64,000 nucleotides of DNA from a virus (IMGVR_UViG_2767802041_000001:21082-85081); one strand, 5' to 3'; counted from the first letter of the stretch, positions 8,974 through 18,956 are shown. Made by a program: numbers and translations. Notes: generated by a model from the sequence alone, not told the origin.

Positions 8974-9194
8974 GCTGCGGTCTCCTTGGGGTTGTAGGTG
9001 TCGGGTCCGGGGATGGTGGTGACACGCCGCCCCCGGTGCCAGGTCGGCCAGTAGTGGCGTGGCGGGGTGTCGTACAGGACGGGCAGGGTGTGGTTGCCCC
9101 GGCAGGATCGTGCGGGGCCGTGGGGCCAGAGGCCGGCCGCGGTGACGGTGATGAACCGGTGGCAGTACGCGCACTGGCCACGGCGGGCGGTCAC
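8970..9194 (-). CDS. small Cys/His protein
   Basis: GTG overlap; CAYC...H...C. Confidence 0.5.
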   Translation of the reverse strand: MTARRGQCAYCHRFITVTAAGLWPHGPARSCRGNHTLPVLYDTPPRHYWPTWHRGRRVTTIPGPDTYNPKETAA

Positions 9195-10024
9195 GGGGTG
9201 TCGTCCAGGTCGTGGCCGCCGAGGACGAGGCGCATCCGCCCCTTCTTCACCACCGGGTCCTGGCCGGGCTTCGGCCAGTCGTCCGCACACAGCCCATGCG
9301 TCGGCGGCTCCCAGAACCGCCCTGCGTAGTGCCGGTAGACCTTCTCCCAGTCCGCCTTGAAGTAGCAGGGCAGCAGCCCACCCTTGTTCGGCAACGGGTC
9401 CGGGGCGGTCTCGTTCTGGGCGCGGAGCTGTTCGGTGACCCGCTCGGCATGGTCCTGGTGCCGCCGGCAGAACCAGTGCGCCGACTCCCAGCCCGTGACC
9501 GGGTCCTTCTCCAGCACGCGGTATCGGGAGTTGGCCCCGCATACCCCGTCCTCGGTGCGCCAGTCCCGGGGCGGCGTGTACGCGGCCATCGCCTCCGCCT
9601 TCAACGCGGCAAGGTCGGGCGGCAGCTCGTAGGGGCGGATCGGGGAAGGGGCGTGAGGATCGGGCTCGTACGGGACGGCGGGCTTGGGCTGGTAGGGGCG
9701 GAGACGCGGGGCCTGGCATGCCACGGTGTGGGCGTGCACGTCCACGTCCCGGGGTGTCTCGTACCGGGGGGCGTCGGCGGCCATCAGCCCGTCGTAGCGG
9801 GGCCTGCCTGCCGCGGTGCGCCCCAGGACTCGGCGGGCCTCCCGGAGCGGGCTGACACCGTTCTCTCGGTCGTTGAGGTACACGGCGTACGCGATGGCGA
9901 GGAGCAGTTCGCGGGCCTCGGGGGTGGCGCGCTCGTCGTTGTAGATGGCGCGGACGATCTCTTCGTAAGTGCGGGGCTTCTTCTCCTGCCGGGGGACGGC
10001 GGTGAGGCTGCGGGGTGCTCCCAT
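9191..10024 (-). CDS. hypothetical protein
   Basis: AGGAG RBS; 277 aa. Confidence 0.7.
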   Translation of the reverse strand: MGAPRSLTAVPRQEKKPRTYEEIVRAIYNDERATPEARELLLAIAYAVYLNDRENGVSPLREARRVLGRTAAGRPRYDGLMAADAPRYETPRDVDVHAHTVACQAPRLRPYQPKPAVPYEPDPHAPSPIRPYELPPDLAALKAEAMAAYTPPRDWRTEDGVCGANSRYRVLEKDPVTGWESAHWFCRRHQDHAERVTEQLRAQNETAPDPLPNKGGLLPCYFKADWEKVYRHYAGRFWEPPTHGLCADDWPKPGQDPVVKKGRMRLVLGGHDLDDTP

Positions 10025-10171
10025 GGCGTTCTCCTACGTGATGTGACGGTGGGTTACAGGGCGGCGAGCCCCGGGCGGGGCTTACCGGCGGGTAGGGGTC
10101 TCCGCCCCGGGAAAGTCGGATACTTCGATCAAGGAAGCGAGGCGGGAACAGCTCACACCCCCCGCCCCCAA

Positions 10172-10555
10172 CTACGCTGCGTTGCGTTTCCGGGCCTCGC
10201 GGCGGTCCGCCCGGTACACCCGCTCCCCCGCCCAGCACGCCTCGCACGGCTCCTCACCCCGGTACACGTGGGCGGCGAACCCCGCGTGGTCCCCGTGCCG
10301 GCGCGGCCGCCCGTCCAGCACCCCTGCCTGGCAGGCCAGCAGCACGGCGTGCGCCATGTTCCGGGCCTTCAACGCGGTGAGGATGACTTGCTGGTGGTAG
10401 TGGACGGTGCTGACGGCGAGGTGCATGGTGTGGGCGGTCTCGGGGATGGTGAGCCCGTTGGCGGCGTGGTGAAGGACTTCGGTCTGTCGGGGGCTGAGAG
10501 AGACTGCGGGCCCGCCACCCGAAGGCGACGGGCCCACCCGGGAGAGGGCGGTCAC
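10172..10555 (-). CDS. LuxR-type HTH regulator with C-terminal His/Cys motif
   Basis: LSPRQTEVLHHAANGLTIPETAHTMHLAVSTVHYH; HG...CEAC. Confidence 0.8.
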   Translation of the reverse strand: MTALSRVGPSPSGGGPAVSLSPRQTEVLHHAANGLTIPETAHTMHLAVSTVHYHQQVILTALKARNMAHAVLLACQAGVLDGRPRRHGDHAGFAAHVYRGEEPCEACWAGERVYRADRREARKRNAA

Positions 10556-11103
10556 AAGGTCCGCCCGGCCAGGAACTCGTGCATCACCCGGTTGTGCCGG
10601 GCGTCCGCGAGCGCGTTGTGCAGGCCTGCGGGCTGGTTCGGCATCTCCGGGCCACCCGCCTGCCAGCGCAGCTGCTCCAGCTCGTTGAACCACTGCGGGA
10701 TCTGCTCAGGCATCACGGACCAGTCGTTGTCCCACAGGGAGTGGAGGCGGCACATGTCCTGCGCCCCGTACCAGGCCCACAGGTGCGTGGTCTCGGCGTC
10801 CGCGGCCGCGAAATAGTCGGCAACGTCCTGCGCGATCTGAGGGGCCGTCTTCACGCTGCGGTCGCCCTTGTCGAGGCGCGGCCACTTCCCGTGCAGCCGG
10901 ATGTCCCCGTGGGGCTTCGGCAGGGACGGCCACACGTTCGCCATCATCCACTCGCTGCGGCCGAGGGCCTTGATGTCGAAGTCGCGGTGGACGGCGTAGT
11001 AGTCGACGCCCTGGTCGTCGGTGAGGCCGATGGATACCAGGCCCTTGAGGGTCGGGTCGGCGGGCAGAAACTCACAGTCGAGATACACGTTGCGGATGGT
11101 CAT
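10552..11103 (-). CDS. DEDD 3'-5' exoribonuclease (RNase AS/Rv2179c-like)
   Basis: YLDCEF...SIG...WAWYGAQD...HNALADA. Confidence 0.85.
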   Translation of the reverse strand: MTIRNVYLDCEFLPADPTLKGLVSIGLTDDQGVDYYAVHRDFDIKALGRSEWMMANVWPSLPKPHGDIRLHGKWPRLDKGDRSVKTAPQIAQDVADYFAAADAETTHLWAWYGAQDMCRLHSLWDNDWSVMPEQIPQWFNELEQLRWQAGGPEMPNQPAGLHNALADARHNRVMHEFLAGRTL

Positions 11104-11106
11104 GGG

Positions 11107-11478
11107 TCAGTTCTCCTTCGGTGCGTTGGCCAGCTGGAGCAGGACGGCGGCGTGGCAGTGGTCGGGCTCGCCGGGCGCGGGGAGCGGGCACCAGCACATG
11201 AGGTTCTGGCCCGCGAGGGTGGGCGCGTCGGTGATCAGGCGGTCGCGGCGGTCGTCCATCTCCTGTCGCTGCTCGGTCGTGATGGTCGGCGCGTGCACCT
11301 CGTAGCTGTTGTTCTCCAGCCATTCGCGGTACAGGGCGGTGGCGTGCTCCCGATTGGTGGCATCCGAGCCGACGATGAACGGGTTGCCGTAGCGAGAGCC
11401 GCGTCCGACGTAGATGGCTCCGGCAGGGGCACGCCACCCCTTGGTGCGGCGGCGCTGGATACGGGCAGGCGTGGCCAT
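11107..11478 (-). CDS. DUF4326 domain protein
   Basis: RIQRRRTKGWR...YVGRGSRYGNPF...LMCWC...CHAAVL. Confidence 0.85.
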   Translation of the reverse strand: MATPARIQRRRTKGWRAPAGAIYVGRGSRYGNPFIVGSDATNREHATALYREWLENNSYEVHAPTITTEQRQEMDDRRDRLITDAPTLAGQNLMCWCPLPAPGEPDHCHAAVLLQLANAPKEN

Positions 11479-11798
11479 CACTGCTCCTTCGGGGCGGCGG
11501 GCGGGAGCCCGTTGATGGTCAGTTCGCCATACGCGTCGACCTCGTTGGTCCAGTAGTCCGTGGTGGCGTGCCAGTGGAGGGTGACCGGGACAGGCTCCAT
11601 GGAGTACGCGTCGTCGGTCCACTCAGCGGCCGGGAGTCCGCAGGCGGCGTGCCGGAGCATCACCGACCCGGCGTCGACCTCCATGAGGTACTGGTCGTCG
11701 GGCTGAGGGCACTGGCAGGTGGTGTACGCGTCGGCCAGGTCCTCTTCGTCACCGGTGGGCGGGTCGACGGGCTCAAAGTTGATCAGTGGCACGGTCAC
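11478..11798 (-). CDS. acidic hypothetical protein
   Basis: Coupled GTG start; codon bias. Confidence 0.6.
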   Translation of the reverse strand: MTVPLINFEPVDPPTGDEEDLADAYTTCQCPQPDDQYLMEVDAGSVMLRHAACGLPAAEWTDDAYSMEPVPVTLHWHATTDYWTNEVDAYGELTINGLPPAAPKEQ

Positions 11799-11965
11799 TG
11801 CTCCTTGCGGTTGGCGCGGCGGGCGCGCATGCGGGCCTTGATCTGGTCCTGGGTGGGCTGCGTCCACTGGTGCCACCCAGCGGGCGGCTTCCACTGCCGC
11901 ATGTGCTCGCGCTGGTCGATGCCGCAGTGCTGGCAGCCGGACGGGTTCGGGGTGCGGGTGGTCAC
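11795..11965 (-). CDS. small Cys/His protein
   Basis: PSGCQHCGIDQREH...HQWTQP; coupled overlaps. Confidence 0.6.
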   Translation of the reverse strand: MTTRTPNPSGCQHCGIDQREHMRQWKPPAGWHQWTQPTQDQIKARMRARRANRKEQ

Positions 11966-12486
11966 GGGGCGGTGTCCTTGGGTGTGCGGCGGAAGCGGTT
12001 GGCGGGTCGTCGTGGGAGCGGCGCGGACGGGGTGCTGGGCTCGGCCTGGTCGGGGTGGGCGGTGATGGTCAGGGTGCAGCCGAACCCCGGCAGGTCGTTC
12101 GTGGCGGGCGCACGGAACACCACAGGCGGCCCTGGGCGGGGCGCAGAGGCCTCCGGGGTATTCGGGTGCCACACCTCCACCCACACCCCGTCCTCACGCC
12201 ACACACACCCGGTGCGGTCCGGCACGCTGTAGTCCAGGGCGGGCAGCACATCCCCCGCCCCCGACCGCAGGGCGACCGTCGCCTCCTGCCGGGCCGCGAA
12301 CACCGCCCACACCTCGGCGCAAAGCGGGGCGGACAGGCGGGCGGACATCATCGGCAGCCCGTCCGGGGTGGTCGACTGCACCCAGTCGGTCAGGTCGGCG
12401 TGGCGGCCGGCCCCGCTGTCGTACCAGTCGCGGGTCAAACGGGCCTTCGCCAACGCGGTGTCAGCAGTCGGAACGATCGTGGTCAT
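11962..12486 (-). CDS. hypothetical protein
   Basis: MTTIVPTAD; ATGA overlap. Confidence 0.6.
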   Translation of the reverse strand: MTTIVPTADTALAKARLTRDWYDSGAGRHADLTDWVQSTTPDGLPMMSARLSAPLCAEVWAVFAARQEATVALRSGAGDVLPALDYSVPDRTGCVWREDGVWVEVWHPNTPEASAPRPGPPVVFRAPATNDLPGFGCTLTITAHPDQAEPSTPSAPLPRRPANRFRRTPKDTAP

Positions 12487-12983
12487 CGGGTGTCCTTCAG
12501 GTCGGGATTGAGGTCGAGGAGATGCTGCGCCGCCTCGTCGCCGAGGGACTGCTCCACGCACCACACGGCGTAGCCCACGGTGGGGCGGGCCTCCAGCTCG
12601 GCGACCCGGGTCTCGGCGGTCTCGGCGCGCTTCCGCCACCGGGCCTTACCGTCCTTGTGATGCTCGACCTGACGGCGAAGGTCGGGCAGGGTACTCCGCT
12701 CCAGGAAGCGCTCCTCCTCCTCTAGCTCGCGGACCCGATTCTCGGCGGCGTCACGGTGGCGGCGGAGGCCGTTCATGGCCCGGGCGTTCTCCGCCAGCTC
12801 GGCCGTCGCGTCGGACAGCTCCCCACGCAGCCGGTCGACCTCGGCGGCGAGGCTCACCGCGATCTGGTGCAGGGCCTTCTCTGTGCCGTCGTTGTACGTG
12901 GCGGTCGACCAGGTCGAGGTGCGCTCCCCGTACTGGCGGAGACGGGCCAGGGCGGCGTCCGGGGTCATCGAGGTGTCGGTCAT
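12483..12983 (-). CDS. coiled-coil hypothetical protein
   Basis: GGAG RBS; heptad-rich sequence. Confidence 0.65.
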   Translation of the reverse strand: MTDTSMTPDAALARLRQYGERTSTWSTATYNDGTEKALHQIAVSLAAEVDRLRGELSDATAELAENARAMNGLRRHRDAAENRVRELEEEERFLERSTLPDLRRQVEHHKDGKARWRKRAETAETRVAELEARPTVGYAVWCVEQSLGDEAAQHLLDLNPDLKDTR

Positions 12984-13004
12984 GTGGGTCTCCGTGGTGT
13001 GGGA

Positions 13005-13196
13005 TCACCCGGCAGCAGGGGCGGGGGCCCACTTGCCGGTGGGGGTCGGCCGCTGGACGAGGTACGCGTGGGCAAGAGTGCCGCCCATCTCCTGGTGCGC
13101 CCGGACCCGGGCTTCGGCAAGGTGGCGGTGGGGGGTGGGCGTCTCTCGCATCACCGTTCCGTCGGGCCAAGCGGCGGCGTACTCGGGCGTGGTCAT
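13005..13196 (-). CDS. hypothetical protein
   Basis: MTTPEYAAAWPDG; TAATG overlap. Confidence 0.55.
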   Translation of the reverse strand: MTTPEYAAAWPDGTVMRETPTPHRHLAEARVRAHQEMGGTLAHAYLVQRPTPTGKWAPAPAAG

Positions 13197-13354
13197 TAGG
13201 TTCCTTCCGGGGTGAGGGCGGGGTCGTCCCATCCGAGGCCGCTGATGTCGAAGCCGTCGTCGTAGTCGATGGGCGGCAGGTCCCGGGCTTCGTAGGCGCG
13301 GATGCGGTCGGCGGCGGCCTGGGCGTCGAGCTGCTGCTGAATGGCGGCGGACAT
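13196..13354 (-). CDS. small acidic hypothetical protein
   Basis: GAGGAGG RBS; MSAAIQQQ. Confidence 0.55.
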   Translation of the reverse strand: MSAAIQQQLDAQAAADRIRAYEARDLPPIDYDDGFDISGLGWDDPALTPEGT

Positions 13355-13364
13355 GGGGGCCTCC

Positions 13365-13544
13365 TCAGTGGGTGACGATGCGGTAGTTGCGGTGGTCGTA
13401 TCCGGCGAACGCCCACTGGCCGGCGTGCTCGATGGCGAGCGCCTGGAGGGCGGCCCGGGCTTTGGTTTCGGTGGTGGGGGTGGTGGTGATGCGGCCTTCG
13501 GGGACGACGTAGCCGTCGGGGTCGAGGAGGCGGAGTTCCGGCAC
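13365..13544 (-). CDS. small hypothetical protein
   Basis: AAGGGG RBS plus GTG; first gene after an operator/promoter. Confidence 0.55.
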   Translation of the reverse strand: MPELRLLDPDGYVVPEGRITTTPTTETKARAALQALAIEHAGQWAFAGYDHRNYRIVTH

Positions 13545-13582
13545 GGTTGGTCCCCTTCGGGGGTGGTTGGTGCGGTGGTACC

Positions 13583-13615
13583 ACCATACCCAGTTTCGTA
13601 TTGCATAGCAATACG
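13583..13615 (-). promoter_or_regulatory. operator palindrome overlapping a promoter
   Basis: CGTATTGC-ATA-GCAATACG (13597-13615); minus strand TTGCTA-17bp-TATGGT. Confidence 0.75.
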
Positions 13616-13644
13616 TTTCAGGGTGTCCGAGTGACCCCGGGCAC

Positions 13645-13680
13645 GACAAAGGGCCCGACCCCCGAAGAGACCGGACCCTC
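13645..13680 (-). terminator. intrinsic terminator after ssb
   Basis: GAGGGTCCGGTCTC-TTCG-GGGGTCGGGCCC-TTT on the minus strand. Confidence 0.6.
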
Positions 13681-13699
13681 GCCGTACGCTCAACACCCC

Positions 13700-14245
13700 C
13701 TAGAACGGGGCCTCGTCCGAGTAACCCCCACTCTGGGAACCACCCCACCCACCACCCGCCGGCGCACCACCCGATGTCCCCGGGGTGCCCGACGCCCACG
13801 GGTCCTCCGCCGACACCCGACCCTGCTCCTGCCGCGCCCGCTGGAACTCCTCCCGCCCCTGGCCACCCGAGCTGTTCGAGCTGGCCTTCGTCACCACCGC
13901 CGTCGCGTTCTTCAGGCTGGGGCCCACGTCGTCCACATCCAGCTCGTACACCGTGCGCTTCACACCCTCACGGTCCTCGTACGACCGCTGCTTCAACCGG
14001 CCCTGCGCGATGACCCGCATGCCCTTCTGCAACGTCTCCGCGGCGTTCTCCGCCGCCTGCCGCCACACCGAGCACGACAGGAACAGGCCGTCCTTCGCGT
14101 CCTCCCACGCGTTCGTCTCCCGGTTGAACGTCCGCGGCACGGACGCCACCCGGAACTTCGCCACCGCCGCACCGGACGGGGTGAACCGCAGCTCAGGGTC
14201 ATCCACCAGGTTCCCCACCACAGTGATCACCGTCTCGCCTGCCAT
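13700..14245 (-). CDS. ssb: single-stranded DNA-binding protein
   Basis: [31 protein letters not shown]...DEAPF. Confidence 0.97.
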   Translation of the reverse strand: MAGETVITVVGNLVDDPELRFTPSGAAVAKFRVASVPRTFNRETNAWEDAKDGLFLSCSVWRQAAENAAETLQKGMRVIAQGRLKQRSYEDREGVKRTVYELDVDDVGPSLKNATAVVTKASSNSSGGQGREEFQRARQEQGRVSAEDPWASGTPGTSGGAPAGGGWGGSQSGGYSDEAPF

Positions 14246-14306
14246 GCCGTACTCCTTCTCTGGGTAGAACGGGGCCCAGGCAGGCCCCGCCAAATGTGAT
14301 TGACGC

Positions 14307-14861
14307 TCAGGACGCTTCACGGATGTCGCCGACGGCCACCGGAGGCAGCCACCGCCCCTCCGCCCGGGCCCGCGTCTTCGCCCTGTCCCACGCCCGCTTC
14401 ACCGACCCCCGGTCCATCCCGAGGCGCTCCGCAACGTCGTCGTACGTCATGCCCCGCCGGATACCGGTCTCGATCGCGAGGCGCCGCTCGTCCCGGTTCA
14501 GCTCCACGGCCGGACCCGGGCCCAGGGCGCGCAGTACCGCGGACGTGTCGATGCCGTACCCCTTCGGCTTCACCACCGGGGCCGCATCCCGCACCGTGCG
14601 GACCACCGACAGCGGCGGGGCTGCCGGCTGCCCGTGCTCGTCGAACGTGACCCATGAAAGGGCGTCCTTCAAGCCGCGGTCCGGGTCCGCCAACGCGGCC
14701 AGGAGGACCGTGACCGCTTCCAGTTCGTGCCGGGTCAGGCCACGCAGCCGGGTCTTGATGTCGTCCGCAGACCCCTCGTGCACGTCCACCACCAGACCGG
14801 CAGCTTCGGGCAGGAGCGCTTCGACCATGTCGCCACGCTGCTCTACGGTCAGGGCAGTCAT
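14307..14861 (-). CDS. HTH DNA-binding protein
   Basis: C-terminal [21 protein letters not shown]. Confidence 0.65.
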   Translation of the reverse strand: MTALTVEQRGDMVEALLPEAAGLVVDVHEGSADDIKTRLRGLTRHELEAVTVLLAALADPDRGLKDALSWVTFDEHGQPAAPPLSVVRTVRDAAPVVKPKGYGIDTSAVLRALGPGPAVELNRDERRLAIETGIRRGMTYDDVAERLGMDRGSVKRAWDRAKTRARAEGRWLPPVAVGDIREAS

Positions 14862-15526
14862 GACGCCTCCCCCGCCCGCTCCGCAGCGCGCAGCACGTCC
14901 TTCACAGCCCGCCTACCCGACTCCCCGGACACACCCAGGTACGCGGCAATGTCCGCATACCTGGCCCGCATCCCCCGAAGCCGCAGCATCACGTCCAGGT
15001 AGTCGCCGGCCAACCGGACCCGCAGAGCCCGCGGGTCACCACGCCACACCACCCTCGGGGCGTCACCACCCGACCACCACACCGCGACCCGCACCGTAAC
15101 CGCGTCCACGAGCAGCCCGTCACGGTGCAAGGCACGCACCATGCCGTCCAGCGACCCGCACGACGACCGCAACCGGGACAACCGGTACAGCCACCGCGGC
15201 GACACCAACATGCGGGCCATCTCCCAGTTCGGGGAACCGCCCAGCAGCTCCTCCAACTCCAACGCCCGCCGCTGCGACGCATCCAACCCGCCGCCGATCC
15301 CCCACCGGTACACACCCTCGTCGTACGACCGGGTCGACTGAAGGCACTCGACGATCACGGGGCACTGGGCGCACGCCTCACGGGCCCGGTCCTGACCGGC
15401 CTTCGACGTGGTGTAGAAGTCCTCCGCGTCCACGTCCTCGGCACGGCACCGGGCGCGAAGTTTCCAGTCCGGCGGAGGCGCGGCGATTGTTGTGTCGCGG
15501 CGGGCTTCGAGGTTGAGGATCGTCAT
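14858..15526 (-). CDS. WhiB-family regulator with C-terminal extension/HTH
   Basis: WKLRARC...ACAQCPVIVECL...WGIGGG; YADIAAYLGVS. Confidence 0.8.
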   Translation of the reverse strand: MTILNLEARRDTTIAAPPPDWKLRARCRAEDVDAEDFYTTSKAGQDRAREACAQCPVIVECLQSTRSYDEGVYRWGIGGGLDASQRRALELEELLGGSPNWEMARMLVSPRWLYRLSRLRSSCGSLDGMVRALHRDGLLVDAVTVRVAVWWSGGDAPRVVWRGDPRALRVRLAGDYLDVMLRLRGMRARYADIAAYLGVSGESGRRAVKDVLRAAERAGEAS

Positions 15527-16128
15527 GACGGGTCTCCGAGGGGGTTGGGCCAGATGGCTTTGGTGAGGGCGTTGCGGTGGGTTTGGGGCATGGGGGTGAT
15601 GGGGTGGCCGAGCCAGTCGGCTCCGGCGGCCATGAGGGTGACGGCGTCGGCTGCGTTGTCGTTGCCGTCGGTGCTCCAGGCGGGGAAGCGGCGGGAGACC
15701 TGGTCGATGACGGCTCCCTTGCCTGCGTTGCCTTTGCCGGTGGCGTAGAGGGCGCGTTGGTTGGGTGACAGAAGCCCAATGGGGATCTGGGTGTTGTGGA
15801 GCTGGTTGTAGAGCTGCCACCAGAACCAGCCGCGTTCGTGGGCTCCTCCTCCGCTGCGGGAGACGGCGGGGAGTTCGATGACGACGAGGTCGGGTTGGCC
15901 GATGGCGGTGATGACTTGGTTGACGAGGTTGCGCATGGCGGTGAGGCGTTCGGTGTGGGGGAGCTGGGTGATGCCGGGGTCTTTGGTGCGGGCTTTGCGG
16001 TAGCCGATGACTTCGCACCAGCCGCGGGTGCTGGCGATGCCGGTGGCGGTGAGGGAGGGGTCGAGGCCGATGACGGTGTAGGGCGGTTGCGGGGGTCCTG
16101 TGGGGGCGTCGGGGAGGGTGAGGGTCAT
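15523..16128 (-). CDS. RuvC-like Holliday junction resolvase
   Basis: VIGLDPSLTATG, VVIE, YATGKGNAGK, DNAADA. Confidence 0.85.
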   Translation of the reverse strand: MTLTLPDAPTGPPQPPYTVIGLDPSLTATGIASTRGWCEVIGYRKARTKDPGITQLPHTERLTAMRNLVNQVITAIGQPDLVVIELPAVSRSGGGAHERGWFWWQLYNQLHNTQIPIGLLSPNQRALYATGKGNAGKGAVIDQVSRRFPAWSTDGNDNAADAVTLMAAGADWLGHPITPMPQTHRNALTKAIWPNPLGDPS

Positions 16129-16346
16129 GTGGCGTACTCCTGGATGTGGGTGGGGCCGTGGGGTCCGGTGCGGAGGTACGTCGCGTGGCCGGGTGCGTGG
16201 CCTACGTGGACGCCGTGGCAGTACCGGCAGCGGTAGGTGTGGAAGCGGGGTCCGCCTTCGCCGCGTATCTGCCTGGCTCGGCGGCGGGCGGTGCGCCGGC
16301 TGGGGAAGCGGTGCTTGCCGAGGCAGGAGGCTTCGTACTCAGTCAT
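16125..16346 (-). CDS. small Zn-finger-like protein
   Basis: CLGKHRF...YRCRYCHGVHVGH. Confidence 0.65.
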   Translation of the reverse strand: MTEYEASCLGKHRFPSRRTARRRARQIRGEGGPRFHTYRCRYCHGVHVGHAPGHATYLRTGPHGPTHIQEYAT

Positions 16347-16686
16347 CGCGGGTTTGGGTGATGGCGATGGTGAGGGGCACGGCGCCGTCGGCGTGGGGTG
16401 GGCAGGTGGTCCAGGTGCCGGCGACAAGGTGGGCGTGCCAGTGGTGGGCGCGGTCGGCGTAGTAGCGGCCGGGGAGGATGGCGTCGGCTTCGAGGGTGAA
16501 GGCCTGGGGGTTGTGGTGGCCTACGCGGATGAGGTTGCCGTTCCAGATGCGCCATCCGGGGTGGTTGGGGTGGGGGCGGCCGAGCTGGTTGTCACCGTTC
16601 TCGGCGATGACGAGGGCGTTGACGTTCTGCTGGGCGAGGGCTGCGCCGAGGATCGCGATGTAGGTCTGGTCGGGCCTCTTAGCCAC
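16339..16686 (-). CDS. hypothetical protein
   Basis: GGAGG RBS plus GTG; codon bias. Confidence 0.55.
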   Translation of the reverse strand: MAKRPDQTYIAILGAALAQQNVNALVIAENGDNQLGRPHPNHPGWRIWNGNLIRVGHHNPQAFTLEADAILPGRYYADRAHHWHAHLVAGTWTTCPPHADGAVPLTIAITQTRDD

Positions 16687-16870
16687 GGGGTGCCTCCCTG
16701 AAGGGGATGTCCACCTGGGTGATGTCGGGGTCCGCCATGGGGTCGCACCACCGGGTCGCGTGCTGGTCCTGGTGCCAGTCGTGCTGCCCGGGCCCGTTGG
16801 TGCAGCGGAAGAGGGTGTCCGTCTCCGGGTCGTACAGGCCTTCGGGGCACTGGGGGGTCTCGGCACTCAT
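16679..16870 (-). CDS. small Cys/His protein
   Basis: MSAETPQC; ATGA overlap. Confidence 0.55.
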   Translation of the reverse strand: MSAETPQCPEGLYDPETDTLFRCTNGPGQHDWHQDQHATRWCDPMADPDITQVDIPFREAPRG

Positions 16871-17808
16871 CGGGGGGCCTCCGTGGTGGTGGGGTACTCG
16901 CGGACGCGGAGGTTGGCCGGCCAGTAGGTGGGGTCGCCGCCCTTGGTGTCGCCGTGGGCTGCGACACTCTTGCCAGCCCAGTAGGTGTCGCGGGCCCATA
17001 CGCTGCCGAGCTGCTTCACGAAGGGGGCGGCGCCAGCGTGGCGGGCGTCGTCCAGGAGGTCGGTGACCCACTGGGGGTTGAGGGGGCGGGCGCCGGGGCC
17101 GGATTCGCCGCCGATGATGACCCAGTCGGGGAGGACGGCATCGGGGCAGGGTCCGCTGCAGAAGCCGCCGGGGAAGTCGTGGGTGGGGCAGTGAATGTGG
17201 CTGCGGTTGAGGCGTACGGGCCCGAGGAGCGGTTCGCAGGACAGGAAGCGGACGGCTGCGGGGGTCTGGGCGAGGGCGGGGATGCGGAGGTCGGCGCGCT
17301 TCTGGTCTTCGACGCTGACGCCGAGCCACACGTTGGGGAGCGGCCAAGTCCAGGCGGCTTCCGGGTTCCGGCCGAAGACGGTTTCGGCGCGGTGGCGGGC
17401 CATGTGGGCGAACAGGGGGTCGTTGAGGAGGCTGCGCATGCGGCCGTGGCGCTTGGTGAGGATCTGGTAGGTGTGCTGGGGGGTGGCGGCCATGACGCCG
17501 AAGATGAGGTGGAGGTCGGCGGTGGTGATTCCGGCGTGGAACAGGTCGGACATGCTGTTGACGAAGACCTTGCGGGGCTTCTTCCAGCGGAGGGGTTCGG
17601 TGAGGGTGTCGGGGTGGGTGGTGATGCCGAAACCGGGGCCGCTGGTGCGGGGGTCGCCGTCGTTCTGGTACTTGGCGGAGCCCATGCCCTTGAGGCGCTT
17701 GGCCATGGTGAGGGCGTAGCAGTTGTCGCAGCCGGGGCTGATGCGGTCGCAGCCGGTCGTCGCATTCCATGTGACGTCGGTCCACTCAATGCTGCTGTTT
17801 GTTCCCAT
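16867..17808 (-). CDS. DUF5131 (phage Gp37/Gp68) family protein
   Basis: SSIEWTDVTWN..GCDRISPGCDNCYA, VFVNSMSDLFH, LTKR, SCEPLL, WVIIGGESG. Confidence 0.92.
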   Translation of the reverse strand: MGTNSSIEWTDVTWNATTGCDRISPGCDNCYALTMAKRLKGMGSAKYQNDGDPRTSGPGFGITTHPDTLTEPLRWKKPRKVFVNSMSDLFHAGITTADLHLIFGVMAATPQHTYQILTKRHGRMRSLLNDPLFAHMARHRAETVFGRNPEAAWTWPLPNVWLGVSVEDQKRADLRIPALAQTPAAVRFLSCEPLLGPVRLNRSHIHCPTHDFPGGFCSGPCPDAVLPDWVIIGGESGPGARPLNPQWVTDLLDDARHAGAAPFVKQLGSVWARDTYWAGKSVAAHGDTKGGDPTYWPANLRVREYPTTTEAPR

Positions 17809-18278
17809 CAGGCTGCCCTCCAGCGTTCGCCTCGGCGGATTCGAAGAATTGCGGTGTGGCTGATGCCGTAGTCACGGCCGACGACGCGTGCCGGGCGTGT
17901 GTCGACTCGTATGGCTCTGGCCTGTTCGGCGGTGATCCGGTGGTTGGCCTTCTGTTCACCGGTGGGTTCGGTGCCGTGTATGGCCTTGTCGCGCATGTTC
18001 TCGGTGCGCGTTCCCCAGGCAAGGTTGTCGGCGTGGTTGTGACGGGGGTTTCCGTCCAGGTGCCGGCATTCCTGTCCTTCGGGGCGTGGTCCGACAAAGG
18101 CCAGGAGTACGGCGTGGTGGACCCAAAGCTTCCGGCGGTCTCCTGTGATCACGTAGAGATGGCCTGTGCTCATCGCCATCGGGTGCATGACCTTGCCTCG
18201 GGGGCCGCGCATCTGCCCTGTTCGAGTTACCTCGTAGCCCCGGTGCCCCGGTACAGGGGTCCACTGAATGCCGGTCAT
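17808..18278 (-). CDS. HNH endonuclease (NUMOD4/HNH_3 type)
   Basis: VHHAVLLAFVGPRP...CRHLDGNPRHNHADNLAWGT; lower GC. Confidence 0.88.
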   Translation of the reverse strand: MTGIQWTPVPGHRGYEVTRTGQMRGPRGKVMHPMAMSTGHLYVITGDRRKLWVHHAVLLAFVGPRPEGQECRHLDGNPRHNHADNLAWGTRTENMRDKAIHGTEPTGEQKANHRITAEQARAIRVDTRPARVVGRDYGISHTAILRIRRGERWRAA

Positions 18279-18526
18279 GCTGCGGTCTCCCAGTAGGTGT
18301 CGATGGTGGTGAGGTGGCGGGTTTCGGCTTGGATTTCGCGGACGCGGGCGGCGTAGCCGAGGACGTAGTGGGTGTTGGGGTGGTGGTCGATGAGGTAGCT
18401 GAGGCGGACGGTGAGGACGGGGTGGGGTGTCCCGGTCTGGTGGTCGTCGTAGGCGTCGGCGCGGCCGGCGTAGTAGGCGGGGTCGTTGCCGTGGAGGAGG
18501 GCGGGGGGGGGGGTCATGGTGGTCAT
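18275..18526 (-). CDS. hypothetical protein
   Basis: YYAGRADAYDD; coupled to the HNH gene. Confidence 0.6.
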   Translation of the reverse strand: MTTMTPPPALLHGNDPAYYAGRADAYDDHQTGTPHPVLTVRLSYLIDHHPNTHYVLGYAARVREIQAETRHLTTIDTYWETAA

Positions 18527-18591
18527 GGGGGGGCCTGTTCCGGGGTGGGGCCCGGGGTGTGGTGGCCCCGGGCGGGCGGCGGTCAGGTCGA

Positions 18592-18741
18592 CTAGTCGGC
18601 GTCGTAGGTGTGGGAGACGACGGTGATGTCGCCCTTGTAGGCGGAGGCGGCGTCCTCGATCTCCTGGCGGAGGGTGTCGAGGTCCGTCTCGGTGAGGTCG
18701 ACGGCGGTGACGGTGATCGTGACGGCGATGCGGGTGTCCAT
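18592..18741 (-). CDS. small acidic protein
   Basis: MDTRIAVTITV; TGATG overlap. Confidence 0.55.
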   Translation of the reverse strand: MDTRIAVTITVTAVDLTETDLDTLRQEIEDAASAYKGDITVVSHTYDAD

Positions 18742-18956
18742 CAGGCGGCGTCCTGTCCGAGGGGTGTGGTGACGGGGGTGAGGTCGCCGAGCTCGGCGCG
18801 GAGGAAGTCCTCGGATGCCCAGACGAGGCGGGAGACCTTGGTGGGGTCGAGGTGGGAGGGGACGAACAGTCGGTCGCCGTTGCTGTCGGTTCCGGCGAGG
18901 CGCCACTGCTTGCCCTCGGGGGTCTGGAACAGCTCGACGGTGGTGGTGTTGGGCAT
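18741..18956 (-). CDS. hypothetical protein
   Basis: GGAG RBS; MPNTTTVELF. Confidence 0.6.
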   Translation of the reverse strand: MPNTTTVELFQTPEGKQWRLAGTDSNGDRLFVPSHLDPTKVSRLVWASEDFLRAELGDLTPVTTPLGQDAA